Below are positions 30,324-38,353 of a stretch of 64,000 nt of DNA, in pieces; the stretch's first letter is position 1, and each line of letters begins with the position of its first letter. The notes beneath the pieces were generated by a model. The model was not told where the DNA came from. It searched no databases and worked only from the letters and a program-made list of their open reading frames with translations. A program made the position numbers and the translations under genes. The DNA comes from a virus. The DNA is taken from IMG/VR virus record IMGVR_UViG_2974521666_000001; one strand, given 5' to 3'.

Positions 30324-30617
30324 ATGGTAACCATGTTCGTCGAAACCCGCACCACTGCTGACGAAGTCAAGGCCGAGATGCTCCACGAAGTGGAGTGCTT
30401 GGCCAATCACTTGCTGAGTCAACCGCAAACGGTTGCATGGCATCCCAGTTACACCACCATCTCGAGCCTCCAAGAGGACCGGGCACGGTTTTCTGGGGCC
30501 GTGCGGCTGGTGCGACGGGTGTACGGAGACAAGTTCCCTGATGAGCTGGAGGCCAAAATCGTTCTTGCCATAGAGGCTAACGAACAGGCCATCCAGATCA
30601 AGCGCAGGAAGCGTTGA
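30324..30617 (+). CDS. Hypothetical protein (first gene of the small-gene array)
   Basis: AAAGAGGATGG box. ATG at 30324 or 30333 are in-frame starts. Confidence 0.45.
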   Translation: MVTMFVETRTTADEVKAEMLHEVECLANHLLSQPQTVAWHPSYTTISSLQEDRARFSGAVRLVRRVYGDKFPDELEAKIVLAIEANEQAIQIKRRKR

Positions 30618-30797
30618 TGCCCACGCCTAGGCCCAACGTTAGTTGGGTAGACGGACACGGCCACCGGCTGTTCGGCACCTTCGTGTGTTGGGACCCTAAG
30701 GATTCCGACTACGCGATTTGCCGGACGGCCGTTGGCCGGTTCAAGGCACGCATCCATAAGTCAAACCTCACCTATGAATGCGGTTAGGAGAAAGACG

Positions 30798-31040
30798 ATG
30801 GCACTCACCAATGTTCAAAAGGCTGATTTGGCACATGCCTTGCTGATCCAGGCAGGAAACCTTGTCGAGTACAGGGACCACTACGTGGATCAGTTGCACT
30901 CCAGCCTTCAGAATGCGACTACGGAAGACATTGCGACACAGCTCACTATCTGGCTGCAGCGTCTTCCTGGTGAATGGTGGGACTCAAGGCTTCCGAAGCC
31001 AGACGCTCTTCGAGACGGGCGAAAAGGTTACGGAAGCTAA
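30798..31040 (+). CDS. Hypothetical protein (80 aa)
   Basis: ATG after TAGGAGAAAGACG. Confidence 0.45.
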   Translation: MALTNVQKADLAHALLIQAGNLVEYRDHYVDQLHSSLQNATTEDIATQLTIWLQRLPGEWWDSRLPKPDALRDGRKGYGS

Positions 31041-31049
31041 GAGTCCAAC

Positions 31050-31091
31050 GCGCTACTGGCAGACACCCTGGTTCGAGTCCAGGGAGCGCAC
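31050..31091 (+). ncRNA. tRNA-like minihelix element 1
   Basis: Stem GCGCT/AGCGC, linker ACTGGCAGACA, T-arm CCCTGG-TTCGAGT-CCAGGG, then AC; starts 10 nt after the upstream stop. Confidence 0.55.
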
Positions 31092-31132
31092 AAAGCTGTA
31101 GCGCCGCTACGGCACAACAGAGAGGATGGGAC

Positions 31133-31390
31133 ATGAGCAACTTCGAGTACCAGGCCGTTGATCCTGCTGCCGCTGCAGTCGGGTTTGGCAAGCCGTTGCT
31201 GAACAACCCCAGGTGGGCCGAGGAAAACTGTGCTGACACACTGCTTTCCGTAAAGGCCGGTGGGGCCGGTGATCTGTACCTCACAGATCAGCAGGGCAAC
31301 GTGTTCGTCAAGTTCGATTCGGGGCATCCGGATCAGGTCCACGCCGCAGCACGGTGGTTGTCGGTGTTCATACAGTCCATCGAGAGCTAA
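31133..31390 (+). CDS. Hypothetical protein (85 aa)
   Basis: AGAGAGGATGGGAC box then ATG; follows element 1 and a short hairpin. Confidence 0.45.
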   Translation: MSNFEYQAVDPAAAAVGFGKPLLNNPRWAEENCADTLLSVKAGGAGDLYLTDQQGNVFVKFDSGHPDQVHAAARWLSVFIQSIES

Positions 31391-31399
31391 AGGCTCTCA

Positions 31400-31441
31400 G
31401 CCGCACTGGCAGACATCAAGGTTCGAGTCCTTGAGCGGCAC
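31400..31441 (+). ncRNA. tRNA-like minihelix element 2
   Basis: GCCGC-ACTGGCAGACAT-CAAGG-TTCGAGT-CCTTG-A-GCGGC-AC; identical to element 6. Confidence 0.6.
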
Positions 31442-31484
31442 AAAGCCATACAGTCCGTATGGCCCTTACGAGAGGATGGAAGCA

Positions 31485-31739
31485 ATGATCTGCGCACACA
31501 TTCACTACGGTCCTTTCAATTACGGACACAAGAAGTTTGACAACGTCAAGCAGGCCATGGACTACTTCGAGAACGAGGTTGCCGGTGTCGACTTTGGCAC
31601 TGGCACTTCCGAGCAGAACATGGATTTGTATGAGTCCGAATGGGATTGCCCGTGCAACGACCACATGAACTTCCATGATTACCCCATGGAGCGATTCGTG
31701 GTTGCGGCCGACGGCACTCCTGTGGCGGTGGCCATCTGA
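31485..31739 (+). CDS. Hypothetical protein (84 aa; C..C and H-rich)
   Basis: GAGAGGATGGAAGCAATG start context. Confidence 0.45.
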   Translation: MICAHIHYGPFNYGHKKFDNVKQAMDYFENEVAGVDFGTGTSEQNMDLYESEWDCPCNDHMNFHDYPMERFVVAADGTPVAVAI

Positions 31740-31930
31740 TGGCCGCTGAAGAGTCTGATCTTCAAACTGTGTACGACTGCTACTCAACAATGTTGGAGGC
31801 AGCAGGGGTGCCGGGTGACGAAATCGCCTGGTACCAAGAGTACATGGCCAACATCTTGGATAACGTTGGCACACAAGAAGATCTGCAAGAGGTAGTCAAA
31901 GCCATGGTGTACCTGAAAGGGAGACAGTAA
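31739..31930 (+). CDS. Hypothetical protein (63 aa)
   Basis: ATG overlaps the upstream TGA stop. Confidence 0.4.
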   Translation: MAAEESDLQTVYDCYSTMLEAAGVPGDEIAWYQEYMANILDNVGTQEDLQEVVKAMVYLKGRQ

Positions 31931-31938
31931 GCTAAATC

Positions 31939-31980
31939 GGGGCAACGGTTTTCGGGGAGGTTCGATTCCTCCCGTCCCAC
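31939..31980 (+). ncRNA. tRNA-like minihelix element 3
   Basis: GGGGC-AACGGTTTTCG-GGGAGG-TTCGATT-CCTCCC-GTCCC-AC. Confidence 0.5.
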
Positions 31981-32017
31981 TAGGCAACCAAAGTGGTTGC
32001 TAGAGAGGATGGGAACA

Positions 32018-32311
32018 ATGGCTACAATCAAGGCGCGCAACTTTCTCTGCCGCAACTGCCACGTGGACGTTAACGTCACCGAGTGTGGCTGCAACGCAGG
32101 CTCTTACTCAATCACCTCTTGGGATTGTGCTCAGTGCGGCATTGAGGTTGTGTCCAGCGGTGGTCGAGACGTTGACTGCTCCAAGTGCGGGGCCTGCTAC
32201 AACGGCTCCGGCCAGCGTCTTCGCAGCGATTGGCGTAGCAATCCATCGGTTTACGACGACAACGTCGGTGACCTGGAGGGCTACGAACTGCAGCACGCCA
32301 ACGACTGGTGA
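32018..32311 (+). CDS. Cys-rich zinc-ribbon-like protein (97 aa)
   Basis: Multiple CxxC pairs (CRNC, CGC, CAQC, CSKCGAC); TAGAGAGGATGGGAACAATG start context. Confidence 0.45.
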   Translation: MATIKARNFLCRNCHVDVNVTECGCNAGSYSITSWDCAQCGIEVVSSGGRDVDCSKCGACYNGSGQRLRSDWRSNPSVYDDNVGDLEGYELQHANDW

Positions 32312-32324
32312 CGTAATCACCGGA

Positions 32325-32366
32325 GGGCCAACGGTTTTCGTAGGGGTTCGATTCCCCTAGGCCCGC
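32325..32366 (+). ncRNA. tRNA-like minihelix element 4
   Basis: GGGCC-AACGGTTTTCG-TAGGGG-TTCGATT-CCCCTA-GGCCC-GC, then hairpin 32368-32390. Confidence 0.5.
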
Positions 32367-32406
32367 TAGGTCGTTCGTACGGGACGACCTCACAGAAAGG
32401 ATGGAA

Positions 32407-32745
32407 ATGGCAGCACGAAAGATGAAGGTTGTCAAGTCGATTCAGGTCGAGAAGCCGACGAGGTTTGCCCGCGTTCGGAAGGGCAAGGGGCAGAACAGCA
32501 CTCGAGAGCTTCAGGCCCGGTCACTGAAGGCGGCGGCAAACCACGGTCAGCCGTGGAGCGACGACGAGGTGGCCCGAATCGTGGCCGGAATACAGAGAGA
32601 CGAAACGTCTTTCGAACTTGCGCTGGCTGTAGGACGAAGCTACTACAGCACCATGAGCGCCAGGTCACATGTGGCGTTTGCTATGCGCCACGCCAACGCC
32701 TTGGAGTTGGCCGTCAAGCAGGCAGCGCGGGCCAAGCACCACTGA
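32407..32745 (+). CDS. Helix-turn-helix DNA-binding protein, putative (sigma-70 region 4 / LuxR-like)
   Basis: PWSDDEVARIVAGIQRDETSFELALAVGRS; AGAAAGGATGGAAATG start context. Confidence 0.4.
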   Translation: MAARKMKVVKSIQVEKPTRFARVRKGKGQNSTRELQARSLKAAANHGQPWSDDEVARIVAGIQRDETSFELALAVGRSYYSTMSARSHVAFAMRHANALELAVKQAARAKHH

Positions 32746-32760
32746 CAACCCAATCGTGTA

Positions 32761-32803
32761 GCCCTGGTAAGGCGTACTGAGGTTCGATTCCTCAGCAGGG
32801 CAC
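32761..32803 (+). ncRNA. tRNA-like minihelix element 5
   Basis: GCCCTG-GTAAGGCGTA-CTGAGG-TTCGATT-CCTCAG-CAGGGC-AC, then hairpin 32809-32824. Confidence 0.55.
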
Positions 32804-32844
32804 TTTGCCCGGCAAACCAGCCGGCAATTAGAGAGGATGGGAAA

Positions 32845-33012
32845 ATGGTGAATGTGTACAAGATTGACGGTTTGCAGCTGCAGGCGATCAGGGGTTATCT
32901 CAAGAACCCTGATACTCATACCCTTCGGATCATGGTTGATGAGGAGGGTGTGAAGGTCAAGTTCAATCAAGGGCCTTGGTCCCCACCACTCGGGGAACTT
33001 GAAAGGAACTGA
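32845..33012 (+). CDS. Hypothetical small protein (55 aa)
   Basis: TAGAGAGGATGGGAAAATG start context; not in the ORF track because it is under 60 aa. Confidence 0.4.
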   Translation: MVNVYKIDGLQLQAIRGYLKNPDTHTLRIMVDEEGVKVKFNQGPWSPPLGELERN

Positions 33013-33013
33013 A

Positions 33014-33238
33014 ATGGCCGATATCCTATTGGCACATGGTGAAAGCACTTCAGGCACCAAACACACCCTGGAGATCGATCCAATCTACGGAAGTCATGAC
33101 TCAATTGATTGGCTGAAGTGGACTATCATGGGTCCCAACGGGAAACGGCACGCAAGTGTCAAGCTGACCTTGGCTGATGCCGAGGGCATTGCAAACCACC
33201 TGTTGGACATCGTAGAAGAGGCCCGTCGTAACGCATGA
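33014..33238 (+). CDS. Hypothetical protein (74 aa)
   Basis: ATG 1 nt after the upstream stop, after AAAGGAA. Confidence 0.4.
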   Translation: MADILLAHGESTSGTKHTLEIDPIYGSHDSIDWLKWTIMGPNGKRHASVKLTLADAEGIANHLLDIVEEARRNA

Positions 33239-33246
33239 CAGGGCGA

Positions 33247-33288
33247 GCCGCACTGGCAGACATCAAGGTTCGAGTCCTTGAGCGGCAC
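33247..33288 (+). ncRNA. tRNA-like minihelix element 6 (exact 42-nt copy of element 2)
   Basis: GCCGCACTGGCAGACATCAAGGTTCGAGTCCTTGAGCGGCAC, then hairpin 33294-33312. Confidence 0.6.
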
Positions 33289-33327
33289 TAGGACAGTGGC
33301 ACGGGGCCACTGCCTTAACGAAAGAGG

Positions 33328-34263
33328 ATGGAAATGACCACCATTGAGAACAGTGTGAATGCAGTTGAGCTGATCGATCTGTCGGCAGCTTGCGAGAAGG
33401 CTGGAATCGGTGGGACAGTTCGCAATACGGAAGTTGGCACCGGTACGCTGTACGTGGTGGCCAAGCTTCCTGACGGGAACTGGGCTTTGGACTACGAAAC
33501 TGATGTGATCGACATTGCTGCTTTTCAGCAGGAGGGTTGGCTCGTTGTGTCCACGGCCACAGACGGCGAGGAGACAGAGCAGGATACCAAACCTGCTACG
33601 TACCAAGACTTCTTCGAAGGTTTGCCCACCTGGTCATACTTCTGGGACGGCCGAAACATTGACTGCCAGTACATCTTTACTGGCTGGAAGCAAAACAAGT
33701 ACGGCGACAACGTTCCTGCGTATGTCCACCACCGGTACATGACAACCAGCTTGATGTCCATCTTGGACCTGGATCACGAATGCCAGTGGGAGGCATTCAC
33801 AGTCAACGGTACGCCCAAGGAGGCCAGTCGCGATTTGCGGCAGGCAATCCGGACGATGTACTCGGCCTTGAAAGAGGCAGAGTCGTACAAGCAACTGCAT
33901 AAGGAAGAAGGTGAGCGGCTGGAGGCAGTCAAGCGTGATTTCCGAAAGCTGAACGAACACATCAATTCCTACGCTGAAGAAACCCACATGTGCGGCGACT
34001 ATGAGCGCCGTATCTACGGCTGGAACGAGACCTTCGAGGTCATGGAGCTCGAGGGCCGTGTTCGCGATTACAATGTGCCCGTACGGGTCCCTGGAGTGTT
34101 CGGGGACACTGAGGTCTGGGTTTCGGGTATCAAGGCCCGTACTCCAGAAGAGGCACGGGAACAGGTGCAGCGCATGACCGCTCAGGAAGTGCTGAACAAC
34201 CTGTATCAATCCGGTTACAGCATGCCGGAGTGGACCGTCGGCGATAGTACTCCGAGGGCCTAG
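33328..34263 (+). CDS. Hypothetical protein (311 aa)
   Basis: AAAGAGGATGGAAATG start context. Confidence 0.45.
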   Translation: MEMTTIENSVNAVELIDLSAACEKAGIGGTVRNTEVGTGTLYVVAKLPDGNWALDYETDVIDIAAFQQEGWLVVSTATDGEETEQDTKPATYQDFFEGLPTWSYFWDGRNIDCQYIFTGWKQNKYGDNVPAYVHHRYMTTSLMSILDLDHECQWEAFTVNGTPKEASRDLRQAIRTMYSALKEAESYKQLHKEEGERLEAVKRDFRKLNEHINSYAEETHMCGDYERRIYGWNETFEVMELEGRVRDYNVPVRVPGVFGDTEVWVSGIKARTPEEAREQVQRMTAQEVLNNLYQSGYSMPEWTVGDSTPRA

Positions 34264-34278
34264 CCCCAAAGCAGGGCA

Positions 34279-34320
34279 GGGTGACTGGCAGACATCAGGG
34301 TTCGAGTCCCTGACACCCAC
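34279..34320 (+). ncRNA. tRNA-like minihelix element 7
   Basis: GGGTG-ACTGGCAGACAT-CAGGG-TTCGAGT-CCCTG-A-CACCC-AC, then hairpin 34324-34342. Confidence 0.6.
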
Positions 34321-34363
34321 AAAGCCGTAGGCGTTCTACGGCCTAGCAAGAGAGGATGGAACA

Positions 34364-34597
34364 ATGCCGCTACCAAGGGGGTTCAAGTTCATACGCTGCC
34401 CCGAATGCAAACGCAAAGGTGTGTCATGTAGATTCAGCGGGCGAACCGGGGAGGACTACTGGCAATGCCGCTACTGCAGCTGGTACTGCTATGCAGGAGG
34501 GGAGGACCGGATTGACGTTGAGCGTCGACGAGCACTTGCTGCAGCCAATCCCGGTGAGCCTATATGGGTTACAGCACTGGACGATGACACACTGTAA
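34364..34597 (+). CDS. Zinc-ribbon-like small protein (77 aa)
   Basis: CPEC ... CRYCSWYC; AGAGAGGATGGAACAATG start context. Confidence 0.45.
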   Translation: MPLPRGFKFIRCPECKRKGVSCRFSGRTGEDYWQCRYCSWYCYAGGEDRIDVERRRALAAANPGEPIWVTALDDDTL

Positions 34598-34603
34598 CGG
34601 CAA

Positions 34604-34645
34604 GCCTGACTGGAAGGCACCGACGTTCAAGCCGTCGGCTGGCGC
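34604..34645 (+). ncRNA. Degenerate member of the minihelix family (T-arm-like hairpin CCGACG-TTCAAGC-CGTCGG preceded by a GACTGGAAGGCA linker)
   Basis: The linker resembles GACTGGCAGACA of the other elements, but no acceptor-like pairing is found. Confidence 0.25.
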
Positions 34646-34685
34646 GGGGTGAGCCACTATGGCTTACTACAAGAAAGGGGATGGA

Positions 34686-35051
34686 ATGAAGCACGTTATC
34701 GCTATTTCAGGCAATGACCTTGCGTACCTTCGCAAGGCAGCCTTGTCGGCGTTTCAAGAGGCCGGTCAGATTGGCGTACTACGCATTTACATTACCGATG
34801 ACGGTAAGCTCATGTTTGGAGCACGGGGTCACGTAACCAAAGTGATTGGTAGGCCCATTAAGGCTTCCGATGAAGAGCGCGAAATGGGTTTGAGTGCCCC
34901 AAGCGGAAATCCGTACGCCAACATTGACGACGATGAAGATGCGCAAGATGCTGCTGAGGCAGTAGGCCTCTCGCTTGAAGAACGTGTTGCACACCTGGAG
35001 GAACTGGTCAAGGGCGAGAACATCGTTGTGATCAACCTCTCAAAGTCCTAG
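34686..35051 (+). CDS. Hypothetical protein (121 aa)
   Basis: AAAGGGGATGGAATG start context. Confidence 0.4.
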   Translation: MKHVIAISGNDLAYLRKAALSAFQEAGQIGVLRIYITDDGKLMFGARGHVTKVIGRPIKASDEEREMGLSAPSGNPYANIDDDEDAQDAAEAVGLSLEERVAHLEELVKGENIVVINLSKS

Positions 35052-35063
35052 CAGCGCTAGGCA

Positions 35064-35108
35064 GCCGGCCACGGTTGGTTAATAGTGGTTCGAGTCCACT
35101 ACCGGCAC
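35064..35108 (+). ncRNA. tRNA-like minihelix element 8
   Basis: GCCGG-CCACGGTTGGTTAA-TAGTGG-TTCGAGT-CCACTA-CCGGC-AC, then hairpin 35111-35129. Confidence 0.55.
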
Positions 35109-35153
35109 GAAGGCAACAACCCGTTGCCTTACATCAAGATTCGAGGATGGAAC

Positions 35154-35555
35154 ATGAAACGTAATGTGAAAGAAGTCGTGGTTGCATTTCTTGTGACCAT
35201 GGGCCTGTTCTTCGCTCTCGCAGCAATCCACAACGCCGCCGTAACCAATGTGGCCAAGGCAGATCCAGGCGTTGGCTGCGAGACAATTCGTTGGGGTTTC
35301 CTAGGAAGCCAAAGGCGCACCATCTGCGACGGGCCGCGCAGGCCTGACGGCAGCTGGGAGCGTTTGCGTCTGATCTGGACGCCAGCGGGTTACGTGCCAC
35401 GCTACACCTACTGCGGTAGCTACTCATGCTCTTCCAGCGGTGGCTACTACCGGGAGGAGACGCTTCAGGGCAAGGAAACGTATGTGGTGTTTGACCACAA
35501 CGTGCTGCCCGATGAGCCGGGTTGGCTGCCACCGGGAACGGACATTATCCGATGA
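35154..35555 (+). CDS. Secreted or exported protein with an N-terminal signal/transmembrane segment and several Cys (133 aa)
   Basis: MKRNVKEVVVAFLVTMGLFFALAAIHNAAVTNVAKADPGVG; TCGAGGATGGAACATG start context. Confidence 0.45.
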   Translation: MKRNVKEVVVAFLVTMGLFFALAAIHNAAVTNVAKADPGVGCETIRWGFLGSQRRTICDGPRRPDGSWERLRLIWTPAGYVPRYTYCGSYSCSSSGGYYREETLQGKETYVVFDHNVLPDEPGWLPPGTDIIR

Positions 35556-35734
35556 GAGACTGCAGCGAGCATGGAACCAATAGCAACGTATGCGATTTCG
35601 CCGGCTGCTTTGGCCCGGCAAAACCGTACCGTTGCATCTGCGGTGACTTCAAAACGGATTCCCCGAGAGTGCTAGACGTGCATATCCTCTGGGCGAATAA
35701 GTTCAGAGCCAATGTGGAGCACGGCTGGCCGTAG
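35552..35734 (+). CDS. Cys-rich small protein (60 aa)
   Basis: ATG overlaps the upstream stop (ATGA). Confidence 0.35.
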   Translation: MRDCSEHGTNSNVCDFAGCFGPAKPYRCICGDFKTDSPRVLDVHILWANKFRANVEHGWP

Positions 35735-35742
35735 CCACAAGA

Positions 35743-35784
35743 GCCGCAATGGCATACACCCAGGTTCGAGTCCTGGGGCGGCAC
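35743..35784 (+). ncRNA. tRNA-like minihelix element 9
   Basis: GCCGC-AATGGCATACA-CCCAGG-TTCGAGT-CCTGGG-GCGGC-AC. Confidence 0.55.
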
Positions 35785-35828
35785 GAGTCCTGAGCAATCG
35801 GCTTGGGGCACTATGAAAGAGGATGGAA

Positions 35829-36050
35829 ATGCGAGTAGCAGATGCAGTGAGGAAGACCTCTGGCATTCATCGGCTCAAGGTGGGCGAGATGTTCACCGAC
35901 GCAGATGGTGATTGGGAGGTGACCAGAGAGCCTGTGGTTGATGGCGATTGGGTCGTCGTGTACCTGAGGCCCGTGCCCTTTCACGAGGGCCAGCGCGCTA
36001 GGGCCTACCGATATCCCTTGTCAACTCAGGTGAAGATGCTGCGTAAGTAA
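35829..36050 (+). CDS. Hypothetical protein (73 aa)
   Basis: AAAGAGGATGGAAATG start context. Confidence 0.45.
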   Translation: MRVADAVRKTSGIHRLKVGEMFTDADGDWEVTREPVVDGDWVVVYLRPVPFHEGQRARAYRYPLSTQVKMLRK

Positions 36051-36094
36051 AGCACTCTGCTGTGGCTACGGGGATTGTGCCAAGTAGAGAGATA

Positions 36095-36161
36095 CCCTGC
36101 AACGGTTTTGGCGTGTTCGAGGGTTACACACCAACAGAGGTTCGATTCCTCTGGCAGGGAC
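36095..36161 (+). ncRNA. tRNA-like minihelix element 10 (long linker)
   Basis: CCCTGC, then a 34-nt linker beginning AACGGTTTTGG, then CAGAGG-TTCGATT-CCTCTG-GCAGGG-AC. Confidence 0.45.
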
Positions 36162-36202
36162 GACGGTGGGCCACCAGGTCTACCGAACGAAAGGGGATGG
36201 AA

Positions 36203-36619
36203 ATGCGTACGTTTACCTTTGGGACCCAGTATGTCCCAGAGACAAAGGCAGTCCTGAAGTGGGGCAAGTACGCCGACGGCAGCACTGCACTACGTGTTGT
36301 GTCGGAGTACGGTGAGCCTCTGGCTACGGCCACAGTCTGCCTGCGCAACTACAACCTTCAGCCGGGTAAAGGCAATGTCTTCATCTACGGGGACTACAGC
36401 GAACATGTCGGAGTGTTCGAGGCCCTGCGGAAGGCCGGGATTGTCGGTGACCCTGTGAACCGAATTCCCATGGGAGGCTTTGGCGCTTTCGCGTACGAGG
36501 CTCCCCTGCTGTGGAGCGAGCACGAGCCAACCTGTGAGGGTATGGCAGACGTGGACTACCACACCCAAGTTGATGCCATGCTCGAACGAGTGGCACAGCA
36601 AGACAACAAGTCCCAGTAG
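36203..36619 (+). CDS. Hypothetical protein (138 aa)
   Basis: AAAGGGGATGGAAATG start context. Confidence 0.45.
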   Translation: MRTFTFGTQYVPETKAVLKWGKYADGSTALRVVSEYGEPLATATVCLRNYNLQPGKGNVFIYGDYSEHVGVFEALRKAGIVGDPVNRIPMGGFGAFAYEAPLLWSEHEPTCEGMADVDYHTQVDAMLERVAQQDNKSQ

Positions 36620-36627
36620 ACTGGGCA

Positions 36628-36669
36628 GCCCGAAAGGCATACACGCTGGTTCGAGTCCAGCGCGGGCAC
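36628..36669 (+). ncRNA. tRNA-like minihelix element 11
   Basis: GCCCG-AAAGGCATACA-CGCTGG-TTCGAGT-CCAGCG-CGGGC-AC, then hairpin 36673-36685. Confidence 0.55.
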
Positions 36670-36709
36670 GAGCGCCATAGTGGCGTATCAAGAAAGGGGA
36701 TGGACTGAG

Positions 36710-36916
36710 TTGCATAGAGAAACGGAATTCGTGCTCGCCCGCGAGCTCAGCGATGGCAGCCTACCTCACATGCCACCGGCAGATGAGCTGCCACATCGTG
36801 GCCGAATCACAAGGATTCTCAACGACTCTGGGGTGTTGACAATCGAGTGTGAGGACGGTATGCTCAGCCGAGGGATGAACGCCCCGGTTGAACGGTACAA
36901 GAGGGAGGCTCAGTGA
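36710..36916 (+). CDS. Hypothetical protein (68 aa)
   Basis: AAAGGGGATGGACTGAGTTG start context (TTG start). Confidence 0.35.
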   Translation: MHRETEFVLARELSDGSLPHMPPADELPHRGRITRILNDSGVLTIECEDGMLSRGMNAPVERYKREAQ

Positions 36917-37050
36917 ACAAACTGCGGAAGTTGTTGCGAGCCTACAGAGTTTCGCAGCACAGACGCCGGCTGAATGACGAAGCCCATATCGCTTGGGCCA
37001 GATCACTACTGGCAGAACGTGAACGACCGGTAGACTAGTACAGCACAGGA

Positions 37051-37092
37051 GTCCGACTGGCAGACATCAGGGTTCGAGTCCCTGACGGACAC
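37051..37092 (+). ncRNA. tRNA-like minihelix element 12
   Basis: GTCCG-ACTGGCAGACAT-CAGGG-TTCGAGT-CCCTG-A-CGGAC-AC, then 7-bp hairpin 37095-37120. Confidence 0.6.
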
Positions 37093-37148
37093 GACTTGGA
37101 GCCACGAGGGAGACTCCAAGCACCACAACAGAAAGAGGATGGGAAACA

Positions 37149-38345
37149 ATGGGCGCAGAAACCATGGAGTGGTACAACAACTTCTGCCTGATCGGGCACA
37201 CCAATCAGCGTGGAAAGAGTTGGCACTATATGGAGTCCATGCAGGGAGAGGAGCCGAATCATTACCCCGAGGGCATCCCGTATGACGATGTTGTACGGCG
37301 GCTATTCAATTGGAAGCCAATGCTTACCCGTACGGCAAACATGATTCCATGTGAGTTGCTACGGGATGAGGCAGGACAGCCCTTGACCGACGACCAGGGA
37401 CGCCGTCGCTACGAACCTGAGCCGTCAGTATGGGTTCAGCGTGTGGACAGCAACGGCAACCCAGTGTTCCACGAGGGCCGTCCGGTCAACGTTCCCATGA
37501 AACTGGTAGAGGTCCATGACAAACGGGGCCTGGTCCGTAGCGACAACTACCTGGAGCTGGGGCACCCCGGCAAGAACTACAAGATCCACGACTACGAGGA
37601 GTGGCTCTTGCAGTTGCTATCCAACGTGATTGGGGACACTCTCGACATTTGGTCAGCAATCCTGTTGCGCAATGGCGCTCAGGCCTGTGTCCAGGTGGCT
37701 CTTCCTGAGACGGCTCACGACAGCACAACTGGAATGGACTTTGTTCCATACGTCCACTGCTATACGAGCCTAGACAGTAGTCTGGCTACCACTTTCGCTG
37801 GCCAAACGCTGTTGATCGTGTGCGACAACACGATGACTGCGGCCAACGCAAGAGCAGCCAAGGCAGGGCGGCAGTACAAGGCACGTCACACGTCCGGAAG
37901 CCTTGAGACCCACAAGATCTCTGAGGTCCGGCAAGCCCTGTCGATTATTCACCAAACCGCAGACAGCTCTATGGAATTCTTCCACAAGCTGGCTGCCATT
38001 GAAGTGCCCAACAAGAAGTGGATTGAGGTGCTAGACATCATCATTCCACCGGGTGATCCCAACAAGGACAGCACCAGGACCGTTCGTGGTCGTGAGTCCA
38101 AGAGGGAACACCTGAACAGCGTGTACCAAAGTGACCCTATGGCGAATACCTGGAAAGGTACTGGCCTTGGGGTGGTACAGGCAATCAACACCTACGCAAC
38201 CCACTACGCGCCACTGCGCGGCCGCTCCCGTGTTCAGGGCAACGCTGCCAAGCTGGTGGACGGTGAGTTTGCCAAGGTGGACAGCAAGAGCGTGCAGGCC
38301 CTTGCTCAAGTGATGGATATGCCAGAGTTGTTGACTACCAACTAG
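37149..38345 (+). CDS. Conserved phage/plasmid protein (398 aa), possibly DUF932-like
   Basis: GAAAGAGGATGGGAAACAATG start context. The DUF932 assignment is from recall only. Confidence 0.4.
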   Translation: MGAETMEWYNNFCLIGHTNQRGKSWHYMESMQGEEPNHYPEGIPYDDVVRRLFNWKPMLTRTANMIPCELLRDEAGQPLTDDQGRRRYEPEPSVWVQRVDSNGNPVFHEGRPVNVPMKLVEVHDKRGLVRSDNYLELGHPGKNYKIHDYEEWLLQLLSNVIGDTLDIWSAILLRNGAQACVQVALPETAHDSTTGMDFVPYVHCYTSLDSSLATTFAGQTLLIVCDNTMTAANARAAKAGRQYKARHTSGSLETHKISEVRQALSIIHQTADSSMEFFHKLAAIEVPNKKWIEVLDIIIPPGDPNKDSTRTVRGRESKREHLNSVYQSDPMANTWKGTGLGVVQAINTYATHYAPLRGRSRVQGNAAKLVDGEFAKVDSKSVQALAQVMDMPELLTTN

Positions 38346-38353
38346 TCTGGTGC

